37,680 bases of DNA from Solirubrobacteraceae bacterium (GCA_035938755.1 DASZGO010000084.1:1-37680), one strand, 5' to 3'. Positions 24,786-34,551 are shown, counted from the first letter of the stretch. Notes: generated from the letters alone by a model not told the origin. Translations and numbers: made by a program.

Positions 24786-24809
24786 AGGCCGACGGACGGT
24801 TTCCCAGCC

Positions 24810-24833
24810 TTTATCCCGCTCCCAGCGGATAAA
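24810..24833 (-). terminator. Hairpin just after the gcvPB stop
   Basis: TTTATCC(C)GCT-CCC-AGCGGATAAA, a 10-bp stem with one bulge, starting 6 nt after the stop; no U-tract. Confidence 0.5.
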
Positions 24834-24839
24834 CCGCGG

Positions 24840-26339
24840 CTACAAGGGTTGGCGGACCACGGGGCGCCGCGCCGCCGCCGCTTCGTCCAGCCGCCTCACC
24901 GGCGTGGTGTACGGCGCGTTGCGGGCCACCTCGGGGTCGTTCCGGGCTTCGCGCAGGATCTCGGCGATCACCCCGGCAAACCGGTCGAGCGTCTCCTTGG
25001 TCTCCGTCTCCGTCGGCTCCACCAGCAGCGCCTCGTCGACGATCAGCGGGAAGTACACGGTCGGCGGATGCACCCCGTGGTCAAGCAGACGCTTGGCCAG
25101 GTCCAGCGTCCTGATCCCCAGCTCCCGCTTCATCGGGCCCCCGGAGAGCACGAACTCGTGCATGCACAGCCGTTCGTGTGCCGCCGGCAGGTACTCGACC
25201 ACGCCCTCCTGGCGCAGCCGGGCCAGCAGATAATTGGCGTTGAGCACGGCCACCTCGGAGACCTCGCGCAGACCCGGGGCGCCCAGCGAGCGGATGTAGG
25301 CGTAGGAGCGGACGAACACGCCGTAGTTGCCCTGGAACCCGCGCAGCCGCCCAATCGACTTGGGCCGCTCGTAGTCGAGGTCGTAGGCCGGCTCGGACCC
25401 GTTGCCCTGCGAGGTGCGCCTGATCACCTGGGGCCGGGGCAGGAACGGCTCGATGCGATCTGACACCGCGATCGGGCCCGCGCCCGGGCCCCCACCCCCG
25501 TGGGGCTGGGTGAACGACTTGTGCAGGTTGAAGTGCACGATGTCGAAGCCCATGTCTCCCGGGCGGGTGATACCCATGATCGCGTTGAGGTTGGCGCCGT
25601 CGTAGTACAGCGTCGCCCCCACCTCGTGGACCACCGCGGCGATCTCCTCGATTCCGGTCTCGAACAGCCCCAGCGTGGAGGGGTTGGTCAACATCAGGCA
25701 GGCCACGTCCCCGTCGACCTTGGCCCGCAGATCATCGAGGTCCACGTTCCCGTGCCGGTCGGTGCCGAGCTTGACCAGCTCATAGCCGGCCATCGTGACC
25801 GTGGCCGGGTTGGTGCCATGCGCCGTATCGGGGGTGAGGACCTTGGTCCGTCGCTCGCCACGGTCCTCGTGGTAGGCCTGCGTCAGCAGCACTCCGGCCA
25901 GCTCCCCGTGTGAGCCGGCCGAGGGCTGGAGCGATACGTGCGGAAGCCCGGCTATCTCGGCCAGCGCCGCCTGGAGTCGCCACATGAGCTCCAGCGCCCC
26001 CTGAGCGCGGGCGGGGTCCTGAAGCGGATGCAGCTGGGCGTGCCCGGGCAGCGCGGCCACCCGCTCATGGAGTTTGGGGTTGTGCTTCATCGTGCACGAC
26101 CCCAGCGGATAGAAGCCCGTGTCCAAATCGAAGTTGCGCTGCGAGAGCCGGTTGAAGTGGCGCACGATCTCCGGTTCTGAGACCTCGGGCAGGCGAGGCG
26201 GCTCGGCCCGGCGCAGCGCGGGCGGGATCAGCTCGTCCAGCGGCCGCTCGGGCACGCCGACCGCGGGGGCGACGAACGCCCGCCGCCCCGGGCGGGAGCG
26301 CTCGAAGATGGTCAGATGGTCGTCGGCGCCGCGGATCAT
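24840..26339 (-). CDS. gcvPB: Glycine dehydrogenase (decarboxylating) subunit 2
   Basis: YPLGSCTMKHNP, QPSAGSHGE, AHGTNPA, YYDGANLNA, HFNLHKSFTQPHGGGGPGAGP, EPTETE. Confidence 0.96.
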   Translation of the reverse strand: MIRGADDHLTIFERSRPGRRAFVAPAVGVPERPLDELIPPALRRAEPPRLPEVSEPEIVRHFNRLSQRNFDLDTGFYPLGSCTMKHNPKLHERVAALPGHAQLHPLQDPARAQGALELMWRLQAALAEIAGLPHVSLQPSAGSHGELAGVLLTQAYHEDRGERRTKVLTPDTAHGTNPATVTMAGYELVKLGTDRHGNVDLDDLRAKVDGDVACLMLTNPSTLGLFETGIEEIAAVVHEVGATLYYDGANLNAIMGITRPGDMGFDIVHFNLHKSFTQPHGGGGPGAGPIAVSDRIEPFLPRPQVIRRTSQGNGSEPAYDLDYERPKSIGRLRGFQGNYGVFVRSYAYIRSLGAPGLREVSEVAVLNANYLLARLRQEGVVEYLPAAHERLCMHEFVLSGGPMKRELGIRTLDLAKRLLDHGVHPPTVYFPLIVDEALLVEPTETETKETLDRFAGVIAEILREARNDPEVARNAPYTTPVRRLDEAAAARRPVVRQPL

Positions 26340-27700
26340 GCCGGCGCCTCGACGTTCTGGCGCTCTGCCGCCACCGCCGCGCCGAGCCCGCCGGCCAGGC
26401 GATCGATGTCCTGGCGGCTGCGCTGCTCCGTGATGGCCACCAGCAGTCCGTTGGGGAGCTCGGGGTAGTCGTGTCCCAGCGGATAGCCCGGGTTGATCCC
26501 CTGTTCGCGGCAGCGCGCCAGCACCCGGTCCACCGGAGCGTCGAGGTTGACGGCGAACTCCCGCACCACTGGCTGCTCGTGCACCGCTGAGATGCCCGGC
26601 ACCGCCCCCAGCCGCTGCCGGGCGTGGGCCGTCCGGTGGACCAGGAGGGTCACCAGATCGACGATCCCCTGGCGACCCAGCCAGGTCAGGTAGATGACTC
26701 CAGCCAGGGCGTTGAGCGCCTGAGCGGTACAGATGTTGGAGGTGGCCTTCTCACGCCGGATGTGCTGCTCGCGTGTCTGGAGGGTGAGTACGAAGCCGCG
26801 CCGACCGTCGACGTCCCGGGTCTCTCCCGCGATGCGGCCGGGCACACGGCGGATCAGCTCCTGGGTGGCCGCGAAGAACCCGAACGAGGGACCGCCGAAG
26901 TCAAGCCGGTTGCCCAGCGTCTGGCCCTCGCCCACGGCGATGTCAAAGCCGCACTCGCCCGGGGGGCGAAGTAGCGCCAGGGGAAGCGGGTCGCAGGCGC
27001 AGATGGCCAGCGCGCCGGACCGGTGTGCCGCCTCGGCCAGCGGCTCCAGGTCCTCCACGGCCCCGAGGAAGTTCGGTTGCTGGACCACCACGGCGCTCAC
27101 GTCCTCGTCCAGGTCGGGCAGCCGGGTGAGCCCGTCGATCAGCGGCGCCTCCTCGACCTCCATGTCCCAGGCGCGCGCCAGCGTGGCCAGCGCCTCCCGG
27201 GCGTGCGGGTGAACCCCGCGGGACACCACGAACCGGCGCCGGCCCTTCTCCAGCTTGGCCAGGTAGCCCGCCGCGGCCACCGCGCTCGGACCCTCGTAGA
27301 CCGATGCGTTGGACACCGGCAGCCCGGTCAGCTCGCTGATCGCGGTCTGGTACTCGAACATGGCCTGGAGCGTGCCCTGGGAGACCTCGGGCTGATATGG
27401 CGTGTACGGGGTGAGGAACTCCGAACGCTGCAGGATCGAGTCGATGAGCGCCGGTATGTAGTGGTCGTACATGCCGGCGCCCAGGAACGACAACTCGGCA
27501 TCCGTGGACACGTTGCGCTCGGCCAGCTCCCGTAGCTCGGCGTAAACCTCCTGCTCCGAGAGCCCGGGGTCCAGCGCGAGCGGGCGGGCGAGCCGGAGCC
27601 GCGCCGGGATGTCCGCAAACAGGTCCTCGACCGAGGAGACGCCAATCGCCTCGAGCATCTGCCGGCGATCGTCATCGGTGACCGACGTGTACTGCGTCAC
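26336..27700 (-). CDS. gcvPA: Glycine dehydrogenase (decarboxylating) subunit 1
   Basis: FLGAGMYDHYIP, TPYTPYQPEVSQGTLQ, FGGP, LQTREQHIRREKATSNICT. Confidence 0.96.
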   Translation of the reverse strand: MTQYTSVTDDDRRQMLEAIGVSSVEDLFADIPARLRLARPLALDPGLSEQEVYAELRELAERNVSTDAELSFLGAGMYDHYIPALIDSILQRSEFLTPYTPYQPEVSQGTLQAMFEYQTAISELTGLPVSNASVYEGPSAVAAAGYLAKLEKGRRRFVVSRGVHPHAREALATLARAWDMEVEEAPLIDGLTRLPDLDEDVSAVVVQQPNFLGAVEDLEPLAEAAHRSGALAICACDPLPLALLRPPGECGFDIAVGEGQTLGNRLDFGGPSFGFFAATQELIRRVPGRIAGETRDVDGRRGFVLTLQTREQHIRREKATSNICTAQALNALAGVIYLTWLGRQGIVDLVTLLVHRTAHARQRLGAVPGISAVHEQPVVREFAVNLDAPVDRVLARCREQGINPGYPLGHDYPELPNGLLVAITEQRSRQDIDRLAGGLGAAVAAERQNVEAPA

Positions 27701-28083
27701 TGCAGCGTTGCCTCGTACGCGCCAGCGTCCATCAGCGACTGGGTCTCGGAGGGGTCGGACAGCCGGACCTTGACCAGCCAGCCCTCGCCGTAGGGGTCCT
27801 CGTTGAGTGTCTCCGGCTTCTCGGACAGAGCCTGGTTGACCTCCACGATCTCGCCTGACAGCGGCGCGATGACGTCCGACACGGCCTTGACCGACTCGAT
27901 CTCGGTGTAGGACTCATCCTTGGCCACTGTCTTGCCCACGTCCGGGACCTCGAAGAACACCACTTCGCCCAGCGCGTCCTGGGCGTACCAGGTGATCCCG
28001 AACGTGGCGGTGCCATCGTCCACGCGGGCCCAGTCGTGCTCGGCGTGATACAGCAGGTCGTCGGGATAGCTGGCGTCGGCCAT
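27697..28083 (-). CDS. gcvH: Glycine cleavage system H protein
   Basis: From ATG 28083: MADASYPDDLLYHAEHDW...GIT.YAQDALGEVVF, lipoyl motif IESVKAVSD, NEDPYGEGWL. Confidence 0.95.
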   Translation of the reverse strand: MADASYPDDLLYHAEHDWARVDDGTATFGITWYAQDALGEVVFFEVPDVGKTVAKDESYTEIESVKAVSDVIAPLSGEIVEVNQALSEKPETLNEDPYGEGWLVKVRLSDPSETQSLMDAGAYEATLQ

Positions 28084-28085
28084 GC

Positions 28086-29180
28086 TCAGGCGTCCTTTCG
28101 ATAAAGCGGCTTGCGCTCGACGGTAGCGGGACGGTTGGTCCCCCGGACGTCGATTTCGATGCGGGTCCCGGGCTCGGCCCGGTCGGCCGGCACGTAGGCC
28201 AGGCCGATTCCCCGCTCCAGGCAGGGCGAGAACGTGCCACTCGTGACCTCGCCTCCGCCCACCACCGGGTTGCTCTGGCGCGGGATTCCCGCGCCGTCGA
28301 TCACGAACGGCACGAGTTTCTGATCGGTCCCTCGCTCCCGCGCCGCAGCGACCGCCTCCGATCCGATGAAGCCGGTCTGCTCCTTGCAGCACCAGCCCAG
28401 CCCAGCCTCGATCGGCCCGCGCTCCTCCATGAGGTCGTTGCCGTACAGGTGAAAGCACACCTCGAGCCGCAGGGTGTCCCGGGCCCCCAGCCCGGCCGGC
28501 TTGGCTCCGGCGGCCAGCAGGGCTTCCCACACTCCGGGCGCGTCGCTCGGATCCAGCAGCAGCTCCACCCCGTCTTCACCGGTGTATCCGGTTCCGCACA
28601 CGATGACTGGGAGCCCGCCCACCCCGCCGACCGCGCGCTCGCAACAGTGCATGCGCGGCGGTAGGGCACCGTCGGCCAGGCTCGCCACCAGTGCCCGGGC
28701 GCCGGGCCCCTGGACGGCCAGCATGGCGAAGCGGTCGGCCACGTCGAGCACGTCCACGTCGTGGCCGGAGATCCCGGCCTGCGCAGTGAGCCAGGCCAGG
28801 TCTTTGGCGTGGTTGGCGGCGTTGGTCACGGTCAGGAACTCGCACTCGGCCAGGCGGTAGGTGAACAGGTCGTCGAGCACCCCCCCGTCCTCGCGGCACA
28901 GGACGCTGTACTGGGCCCCGCCTTCGGGGATCCGGCGCACGTCGTTGGACAGCACGCGCTGAAGGAACTGGAGCGCCTCCGGACCGCGCGTTTCGACCTG
29001 TCCCATGTGCGAGACGTCGAACACCCCCACCGCGTTGCGCACCGTCAGGTGCTCGGCCCGAATGCCCTCGTACTGGACCGGCATCTCCCAGCCCGCGAAC
29101 GGCACCAGCCGCCCGCCGGCGGCCACATGCTGGTCATACAACGGGGTGCGTCGGAGCGCGGTTTCGGCCGTCGGGGTCAC
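28086..29180 (-). CDS. gcvT: Aminomethyltransferase (glycine cleavage T protein)
   Basis: RTPLY, FAGWEMPVQY, FDVSHMG, TGYTGEDGVE, GLGARDTLRLE, VTSGTFSP. Confidence 0.96.
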   Translation of the reverse strand: MTPTAETALRRTPLYDQHVAAGGRLVPFAGWEMPVQYEGIRAEHLTVRNAVGVFDVSHMGQVETRGPEALQFLQRVLSNDVRRIPEGGAQYSVLCREDGGVLDDLFTYRLAECEFLTVTNAANHAKDLAWLTAQAGISGHDVDVLDVADRFAMLAVQGPGARALVASLADGALPPRMHCCERAVGGVGGLPVIVCGTGYTGEDGVELLLDPSDAPGVWEALLAAGAKPAGLGARDTLRLEVCFHLYGNDLMEERGPIEAGLGWCCKEQTGFIGSEAVAAARERGTDQKLVPFVIDGAGIPRQSNPVVGGGEVTSGTFSPCLERGIGLAYVPADRAEPGTRIEIDVRGTNRPATVERKPLYRKDA

Positions 29181-29248
29181 CTAGAGGCGGAGGCTAGTAC
29201 ACGCCGCCCCCGTGACCAGCGTCCGGCAGGGTCCGCCGGTCCGGGGCT

Positions 29249-29279
29249 GAGCACAACCGGAAGTCGGTTGACTTTGCTC
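29249..29279. other. Intergenic hairpin between the GH2 gene and gcvT
   Basis: GAGCA-CAACCG-gaagt-CGGTTG-actt-TGCTC. Confidence 0.45.
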
Positions 29280-29323
29280 GGGCTGGGGACTTGGACATCC
29301 GTCCAGCCGGAGCGCGGCGCGGT

Positions 29324-31213
29324 CTATCCGGACCCAGTCTGGCGAGTCCGGTGGTAGACCCGCGACACCACGGACCAGGCCGGCTTGCCGTTGCCGGACA
29401 GGTCGAGCAATCCCTTCTCCACGAACGGCGGATCGGGACGCGGGTTGCCGCCGCCCCAGCCCGGCCGGGCGGCAAAGTCCTGCAGCGTCCACCAGATGGC
29501 TCCGGACAGCCACGGCTTGGACGCGAACGCGGCCAGGTGGTATGCGGCGGTGTTGCTCTGGAATTCGTAGGTCCCACGTTCCTCCACCGGGCCGTGCCGA
29601 TTGCCGTCGAATCCGAACTCGCTGACCATCAGGGCCTGATGCGGGTAGCAGGCCCGCAACGTGTCCAGGAACGGCCCCAGCTGGTCCCGATCGTCGTTCG
29701 CTCCCCCGCCGGCGTCGAACCACCCGAAGTATTCGTTGTGACCGATCACGTCCAGCGGGGCGTAGGCGGTTTGGCAGGGGACGCCCGGCCAGCCGCTGGT
29801 GGCCATGCCCACCGGCCGCGTGGGATCCAGCTGACGGGCCAGGGCCGCCGCCCCCGCGACGTAGTTGGCCTCCTGGCGGCTAGCCGGGGTGCTCAGTTCA
29901 TTGGCCACGCTCCACAGCATGATCGAGGGGTGGTTCTGGTTGGTCAGAATGCTCTGCTCCAGGAACCCATGGGCGTTGGCCAGCCAGCCCGGTTGGTCGA
30001 GGTACTGGTCGGCCACCTGATACACCGGCACCTCCGACCAGATCAGGATCCCGTCGCGGTCGGCCATCTCCAAGATCTGGGGGTTGAGCGGGTAATGCGA
30101 CCGGATCACCTTGCCGCCCGCCTGCCTCACCTGGTCCACCATCCAGCCCAGCTGGGACGGGCTGAGCGCGGCACCGGTGGCCACGCTCTGCTCGTGCACG
30201 TCAAAGCCCCGCAGGCTGAGCGGGCGCCCGTTCAGCCGCAGCCGGCCATCCGACGTGACCGCGATGCTCCGCACCCCGCTGTAGGAGACGTACCCACCAA
30301 GCTGATGGCCTTGGCGATCGGCCAGGGTGAGCGTCGCCCGGTATAGGACGGGATGGTCCAGGGACCACAGCCGGGGGTGCGGAAGCGTCGCCGCGGCCGA
30401 GGGCTGCCAGGTGGCTCCCGGGGCCAGCCGGACGGTGCCGAAGTCCAGGGCCACCGGCCCGTAGCGCCCGCGCAGGGTGAGCACCTGCGCGCGGCTGGAG
30501 AGATTGCGAATCACGGCGCGCTCGGTGATCGTGGCCGCGCAGTGGATGCACGGGAGCACCGGGACAATGGCCAGTCGCGAGATGTCCGCCCGCTGCACCG
30601 GGCGCAGGTAGACCTCGCGCAGCAGCCCGCCGAAATTCCACCAGCCGCCACCCGGCCCCGGCGGGAGGTCGGACGGCGAGCGCCGGTCATCCACCCGGAC
30701 CACGAGCCGGTTGACCCCAGACCCGGGGCGGCCCAGGTCGAACTCGAACGGCAGGGAGGCCCCCGTGTGACCACCCAGCCGGCGGCCGTTGAGCCACACC
30801 GTGGCCCGGTAGTTAGCCGACTCGAAGCGGACGATCCAGCGGCGGTCGCCCAGCCCCACATAGGGCGCGAACGCCCCGCTGGGAACGAGGAAATCCCGCC
30901 GGTACCAACCCACCGAGCCGCTCATGGAGGGGGCCGAGAAATCGCCTGCGTTGAACGCGTTGGGCACGCTCACCGCGCCCCAACCGGTGGTGTCGGCGCT
31001 CTGCCACCACCCCTGGGCCAGCCCGGCGTCGGTGGGGTCCGCGCGGTACAGCCAGGTCCCACCCAGCAGGTAGCGATTGGTCTGACCGTCCCGGTACAGC
31101 GCGCCGAGCGTGGGCGGGGTGGCGATGCCCTGCGGCGGCTGCGCCCCGGCTGCGCCGGCACTGGACAGGAGCAGCGCCAGGCCGAGCCCCAGGGCGGGGA
31201 CGAGCCGCCTCAT
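29324..31213 (-). CDS. Secreted glycoside hydrolase family 2 (beta-glucuronidase/galactosidase-like)
   Basis: Signal peptide (MRRLVPALGLGLALLLSSAGAAGA). GWYRRDF, WWNFGGLLREV, IRSHYP, NHPSIMLWSVANE (acid/base Glu), MVSEFG (nucleophile Glu). Confidence 0.9.
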   Translation of the reverse strand: MRRLVPALGLGLALLLSSAGAAGAQPPQGIATPPTLGALYRDGQTNRYLLGGTWLYRADPTDAGLAQGWWQSADTTGWGAVSVPNAFNAGDFSAPSMSGSVGWYRRDFLVPSGAFAPYVGLGDRRWIVRFESANYRATVWLNGRRLGGHTGASLPFEFDLGRPGSGVNRLVVRVDDRRSPSDLPPGPGGGWWNFGGLLREVYLRPVQRADISRLAIVPVLPCIHCAATITERAVIRNLSSRAQVLTLRGRYGPVALDFGTVRLAPGATWQPSAAATLPHPRLWSLDHPVLYRATLTLADRQGHQLGGYVSYSGVRSIAVTSDGRLRLNGRPLSLRGFDVHEQSVATGAALSPSQLGWMVDQVRQAGGKVIRSHYPLNPQILEMADRDGILIWSEVPVYQVADQYLDQPGWLANAHGFLEQSILTNQNHPSIMLWSVANELSTPASRQEANYVAGAAALARQLDPTRPVGMATSGWPGVPCQTAYAPLDVIGHNEYFGWFDAGGGANDDRDQLGPFLDTLRACYPHQALMVSEFGFDGNRHGPVEERGTYEFQSNTAAYHLAAFASKPWLSGAIWWTLQDFAARPGWGGGNPRPDPPFVEKGLLDLSGNGKPAWSVVSRVYHRTRQTGSG

Positions 31214-33225
31214 GAGCGCGCTCCTCCACCCTGCCGGAGTCCATGGTGCGGGCCGGGTTTGCCCGGCTTGGGTTTGGGCTTGGGCTTGGGCTTCTTGACC
31301 TTCAGCTTCACGGTCGCCCGGGTGATGTTCCCGGCCTTATCGGTCACGGTAATCGTCACCGCGTAGTCACCCGGCCGGGCATAGCTGTGGGCGACGCGGG
31401 TCATTCCCCGCTTGATCTGCGACACCGTGCCGTCCCCCCAGCGAAGCGTCACCGAGGCCACGCCCGACGCGTACGTGGACGGCTGCCCAGACGGGGGCAG
31501 GTCCCCGTAGGCCAGCCGGGCCTGGATCCGGCGCTTAATCTCTTTGACCCCGCTCAGGGTCAGCCCGGCCACCGGCGGAGTCGTGTCCACGAACAGACTG
31601 CCCACACCCGACTGGCTCTGCTGGCCAGCCGGGTTGGTCGCCGTGAGTTGATAGCTGTGGGGTCCGTCGCCGATGGGGGTCGGCGGTTGGGCGGACGTGG
31701 CATCGGTCTGGATCACCACCACGCCATCCAGGCTGAGCGCGAAATGCACCGGGCCCCACGGCTCCCGCGGCGCAGGCCAGGTCAGCGTGGGCCGGGACGT
31801 CCGTACGTACCGGCGGCGGGCGGGCACCGCGAAACCGCCCGGCGGCTGGTAGAGCTGGGCCGACATGATCTGCTCCGCTCCAGCCGGCCCCTGGACCCAT
31901 ACCACCGCTGCGTCTCCGTAGGTGTCGCCTGCCGCCGCGGACCCCTGCCCCGCCGCGGCCGGCCCCTGGACCGGCGAGGACAGCACGACCTCCGGACCCA
32001 GGGGGTCGCGTCCCGGGGCGTAGCGGAGGCGGATCTCCGGCGTCCCGGTGCTGCCGGGATCCTGCTGCCAAGCCACCAGGTGGCTGTAGAGCCCGGCCAT
32101 GGCCGGGACCCCCCAAGGAGGGGAGGTCCCCGGGGCCGTGTCGAGCTGGCTGGTCGCGCCTAGGCTCCCGTTGTCGTTCAGCTCGGCGCCCACCAGCGCG
32201 TGGGTCAGGGTGCGCTGCGATGTGACCAGCCCGCCTCCGTACTCGCCCATGGCGATCCGCGGATCGTCGGCCCCGTCGGTGCTAGGACCACTCAGCCCAT
32301 CCGGTTGGGTCAGGCCGTCGTAGGCCGAGCCGCGAAGCCGGTTCATCAGCACCCGGGAGCTCGTTTGGCCGGCGCAGGACAGCTGTTCGTGGAACGCCAC
32401 CTGGACGTAGGAGGAATCACCACCCGCGCCGACCGCCGGCTCATCGGCTGACAGCTCCGTGCAGCCCGGCAGTGGCCCGTCGGCCCGCTCGACGGCCACG
32501 CTGGGCGATGTCCCCCAGACCCGGCGGGTGTAGATGCCGCCGACCTCGCCCCAGGCCACGATGCCCACGCCGTCGCCTGCCGCCACCACGGCCGGTCGGC
32601 CCGCGCCCGATCCCGCGTTGTCGCCGGCGAAGGCGTTCAGGGCCGACGGCTCGAGCGCCCACTTGTTCTGCCAGAAGTAGGCCGCCCGGACGTCGGTGCC
32701 GGTTCCGTCAGCCACCGTGAACGTCAGGTAGGCCTTGCCGGCGTTGCTGATCGAGATCGCCGGGTTCGCCGCGCCGCTGGCCAGGGCCGCCGGTCCGCCG
32801 AGCGCCCCGCGACCTGGCGGCTGTTCGGCGGCGTAAAGCACGCCGGCGTTGACGAACCCGACCAGCAGCAGGCCGCCGTTGCCGGCCCCAATCACCGGCT
32901 GCGAAGACGGTCCGGCCAGGCCGGCGTCAACCTGGACCGGCGGCTGGAAGGACCCTCCGGCCAGGCGGGAGACGAACACGTGGGTGCCGCCCCCGGCCTG
33001 CTTGAGGTAGACCAGGCCCCCGGTGCCGTCGCGAGCGACCGAGAGACCGAGCGAGGCGGGGCTGGCCAGGCCAGAGGTCGGCCCGTCGATCGTGTGGGCC
33101 GGCGCGGCCACCGGCTGCTGCTGAGCCGCGGCCGGGGCGGCCAGGACCAGGCACACCGGCACGGCCACCAGCGCGCCGCGGCGGAGCCGGGCGGTGGGTC
33201 GAGCCCGTGAGCCCCCAAGACTCAC
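31210..33225 (-). CDS. Secreted beta-rich protein with C-terminal Ig-like and PKD domains and a Lys-Pro tail
   Basis: Signal peptide ending APAAA-QQQ and repeated beta-strand units. VDTTPP, PKD motif WGDG...YARPGDYAVTITVTDKAGN, then KKPKPKPKPKPGKPG. Its stop overlaps the GH2 start (ATGA). Confidence 0.75.
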   Translation of the reverse strand: MSLGGSRARPTARLRRGALVAVPVCLVLAAPAAAQQQPVAAPAHTIDGPTSGLASPASLGLSVARDGTGGLVYLKQAGGGTHVFVSRLAGGSFQPPVQVDAGLAGPSSQPVIGAGNGGLLLVGFVNAGVLYAAEQPPGRGALGGPAALASGAANPAISISNAGKAYLTFTVADGTGTDVRAAYFWQNKWALEPSALNAFAGDNAGSGAGRPAVVAAGDGVGIVAWGEVGGIYTRRVWGTSPSVAVERADGPLPGCTELSADEPAVGAGGDSSYVQVAFHEQLSCAGQTSSRVLMNRLRGSAYDGLTQPDGLSGPSTDGADDPRIAMGEYGGGLVTSQRTLTHALVGAELNDNGSLGATSQLDTAPGTSPPWGVPAMAGLYSHLVAWQQDPGSTGTPEIRLRYAPGRDPLGPEVVLSSPVQGPAAAGQGSAAAGDTYGDAAVVWVQGPAGAEQIMSAQLYQPPGGFAVPARRRYVRTSRPTLTWPAPREPWGPVHFALSLDGVVVIQTDATSAQPPTPIGDGPHSYQLTATNPAGQQSQSGVGSLFVDTTPPVAGLTLSGVKEIKRRIQARLAYGDLPPSGQPSTYASGVASVTLRWGDGTVSQIKRGMTRVAHSYARPGDYAVTITVTDKAGNITRATVKLKVKKPKPKPKPKPGKPGPHHGLRQGGGARS

Positions 33226-33297
33226 GCTGAATCCCTGTCGGCCGTGGATCTGACGCAGATAGAACAGGTTAGGCAGGACGAGGTTGCGGTCTTACCG

Positions 33298-34380
33298 CTA
33301 CCGGTCCTTCAAGAACGACGGGATGTCGATCTCGTCGTCGCGGATCTCCAGCGAGGAGCGGCGGACGTCGTCGATCGTTACCTCGCGCTCGCGCCGCGCG
33401 GTCTCGGGTCGCGGCTCGCGTAGACGCGCGGGGCCGTGGTGCTCGAAGCCAGTGGCGATCACCGTGACCCGCACGTCCTCGGCCATGGCGTCGTCAATCA
33501 CGGCGCCGAAGATGATGTTGGAGTTGGCGTCGGCGGCGCTCTGCACCACGTTCGCGGCCTCGTTGACCTCGAACAGTCCCAGGTCATGACCGCCGGTGAT
33601 GTTCAGCAGAATGCCCATTGCCCCTTCCACCGATTCCTCGAGCAGCGGGGATGAGATCGCCATCTTGGCCGCCTCCGCGGCTCGGTTCTCGCCGCTGGCC
33701 ATCCCGATGCCCATCAGAGCGGTGCCGGCGTCACGCATGATCGTCCGCACGTCCGCAAAGTCCAGGTTGATCAGCCCCGGGATGGTGATCAGGTCGGTGA
33801 TGCCCTGGACGCCCTGGCGCAGGACGTTGTCGGCCTCCCGGAACGCATCCAGGATCGATGTCCGGCGCTCGACGATCGCCAGCAGCTTCTCGTTCGGGAT
33901 CACGATCAGCGTGTCCACGTTCTCGCGCAGCCGCTGAATGCCCGCCTCGGCCTGTTTGGCCCGCTGCGTGCCCTCGAAGGCAAACGGCCGGGTGACGCAG
34001 CCCACGGTCAGGGCCCCGATTTCGTTCTTGGCGATGTCGGCCATCACCGGCGCGGCGCCGGTGCCGGTACCGCCGCCTTCTCCGGCGGTCACAAACACCA
34101 TGTCGGCGCCCTTGAGAGCCTCCTTAATTTCATCCCGAGACTCCGCGGCCGCGCCCTGCCCGATGTCGGGATTGGCCCCGGCACCCAGGCCCTTCGTGAG
34201 CTCATGGCCGATGTTGAGCTTGATGTCGGCGTCGCACATGGCCAGCGCCTGCGCATCGGTGTTGGCGGCGATGAACTCCACGCCGCGCAGGCCCGCGTCG
34301 ACCATGCGGTTGACGGCGTTAGTGCCGCCGCCGCCGACGCCTACGACCTTGATTACTGCTAGATAGCTACCGCTCTCCAT
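33298..34380 (-). CDS. ftsZ: Cell division protein FtsZ
   Basis: [37 protein letters not shown] and the C-terminal peptide DIPSFLK. The start is ATG 34380 (MESGSYLAV). Confidence 0.98.
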   Translation of the reverse strand: MESGSYLAVIKVVGVGGGGTNAVNRMVDAGLRGVEFIAANTDAQALAMCDADIKLNIGHELTKGLGAGANPDIGQGAAAESRDEIKEALKGADMVFVTAGEGGGTGTGAAPVMADIAKNEIGALTVGCVTRPFAFEGTQRAKQAEAGIQRLRENVDTLIVIPNEKLLAIVERRTSILDAFREADNVLRQGVQGITDLITIPGLINLDFADVRTIMRDAGTALMGIGMASGENRAAEAAKMAISSPLLEESVEGAMGILLNITGGHDLGLFEVNEAANVVQSAADANSNIIFGAVIDDAMAEDVRVTVIATGFEHHGPARLREPRPETARREREVTIDDVRRSSLEIRDDEIDIPSFLKDR

Positions 34381-34390
34381 CGAACCGTCC

Positions 34391-34415
34391 GAATCTAGAG
34401 TTAGGGTTGAGGGTT
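34391..34415. promoter_or_regulatory. Degenerate second FtsR-like site just upstream of the ftsZ start
   Basis: GAATCTAGAGTTAGGGTTGAGGGTT shares the GGTTGAGG.TT half-site with the 34552-34576 palindrome. Confidence 0.5.
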
Positions 34416-34447
34416 TTCCAGCTCGCTCGCTCTTTGCGGAGTTTCGC

Positions 34448-34477
34448 ACGTTATTGGCTGGGGATGCGTGAGGTCAA
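34448..34477 (-). promoter_or_regulatory. SigA-type ftsZ promoter
   Basis: TTGACC, 18-nt spacer, TAACGT. Confidence 0.6.
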
Positions 34478-34551
34478 CGTTCTGACGCTTTCGCAACGTT
34501 CGTTGCAAAACCCCAAACTCTTGAGAACGGGGTGAGTGTTGGCCCATCGGC

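Noticed and set aside
24713-24839. c-di-GMP riboswitch upstream of the GGDEF/HD-GYP gene
   Set aside because: The predicted UTR is only about 40 nt and lacks the two-stem GEMM architecture.
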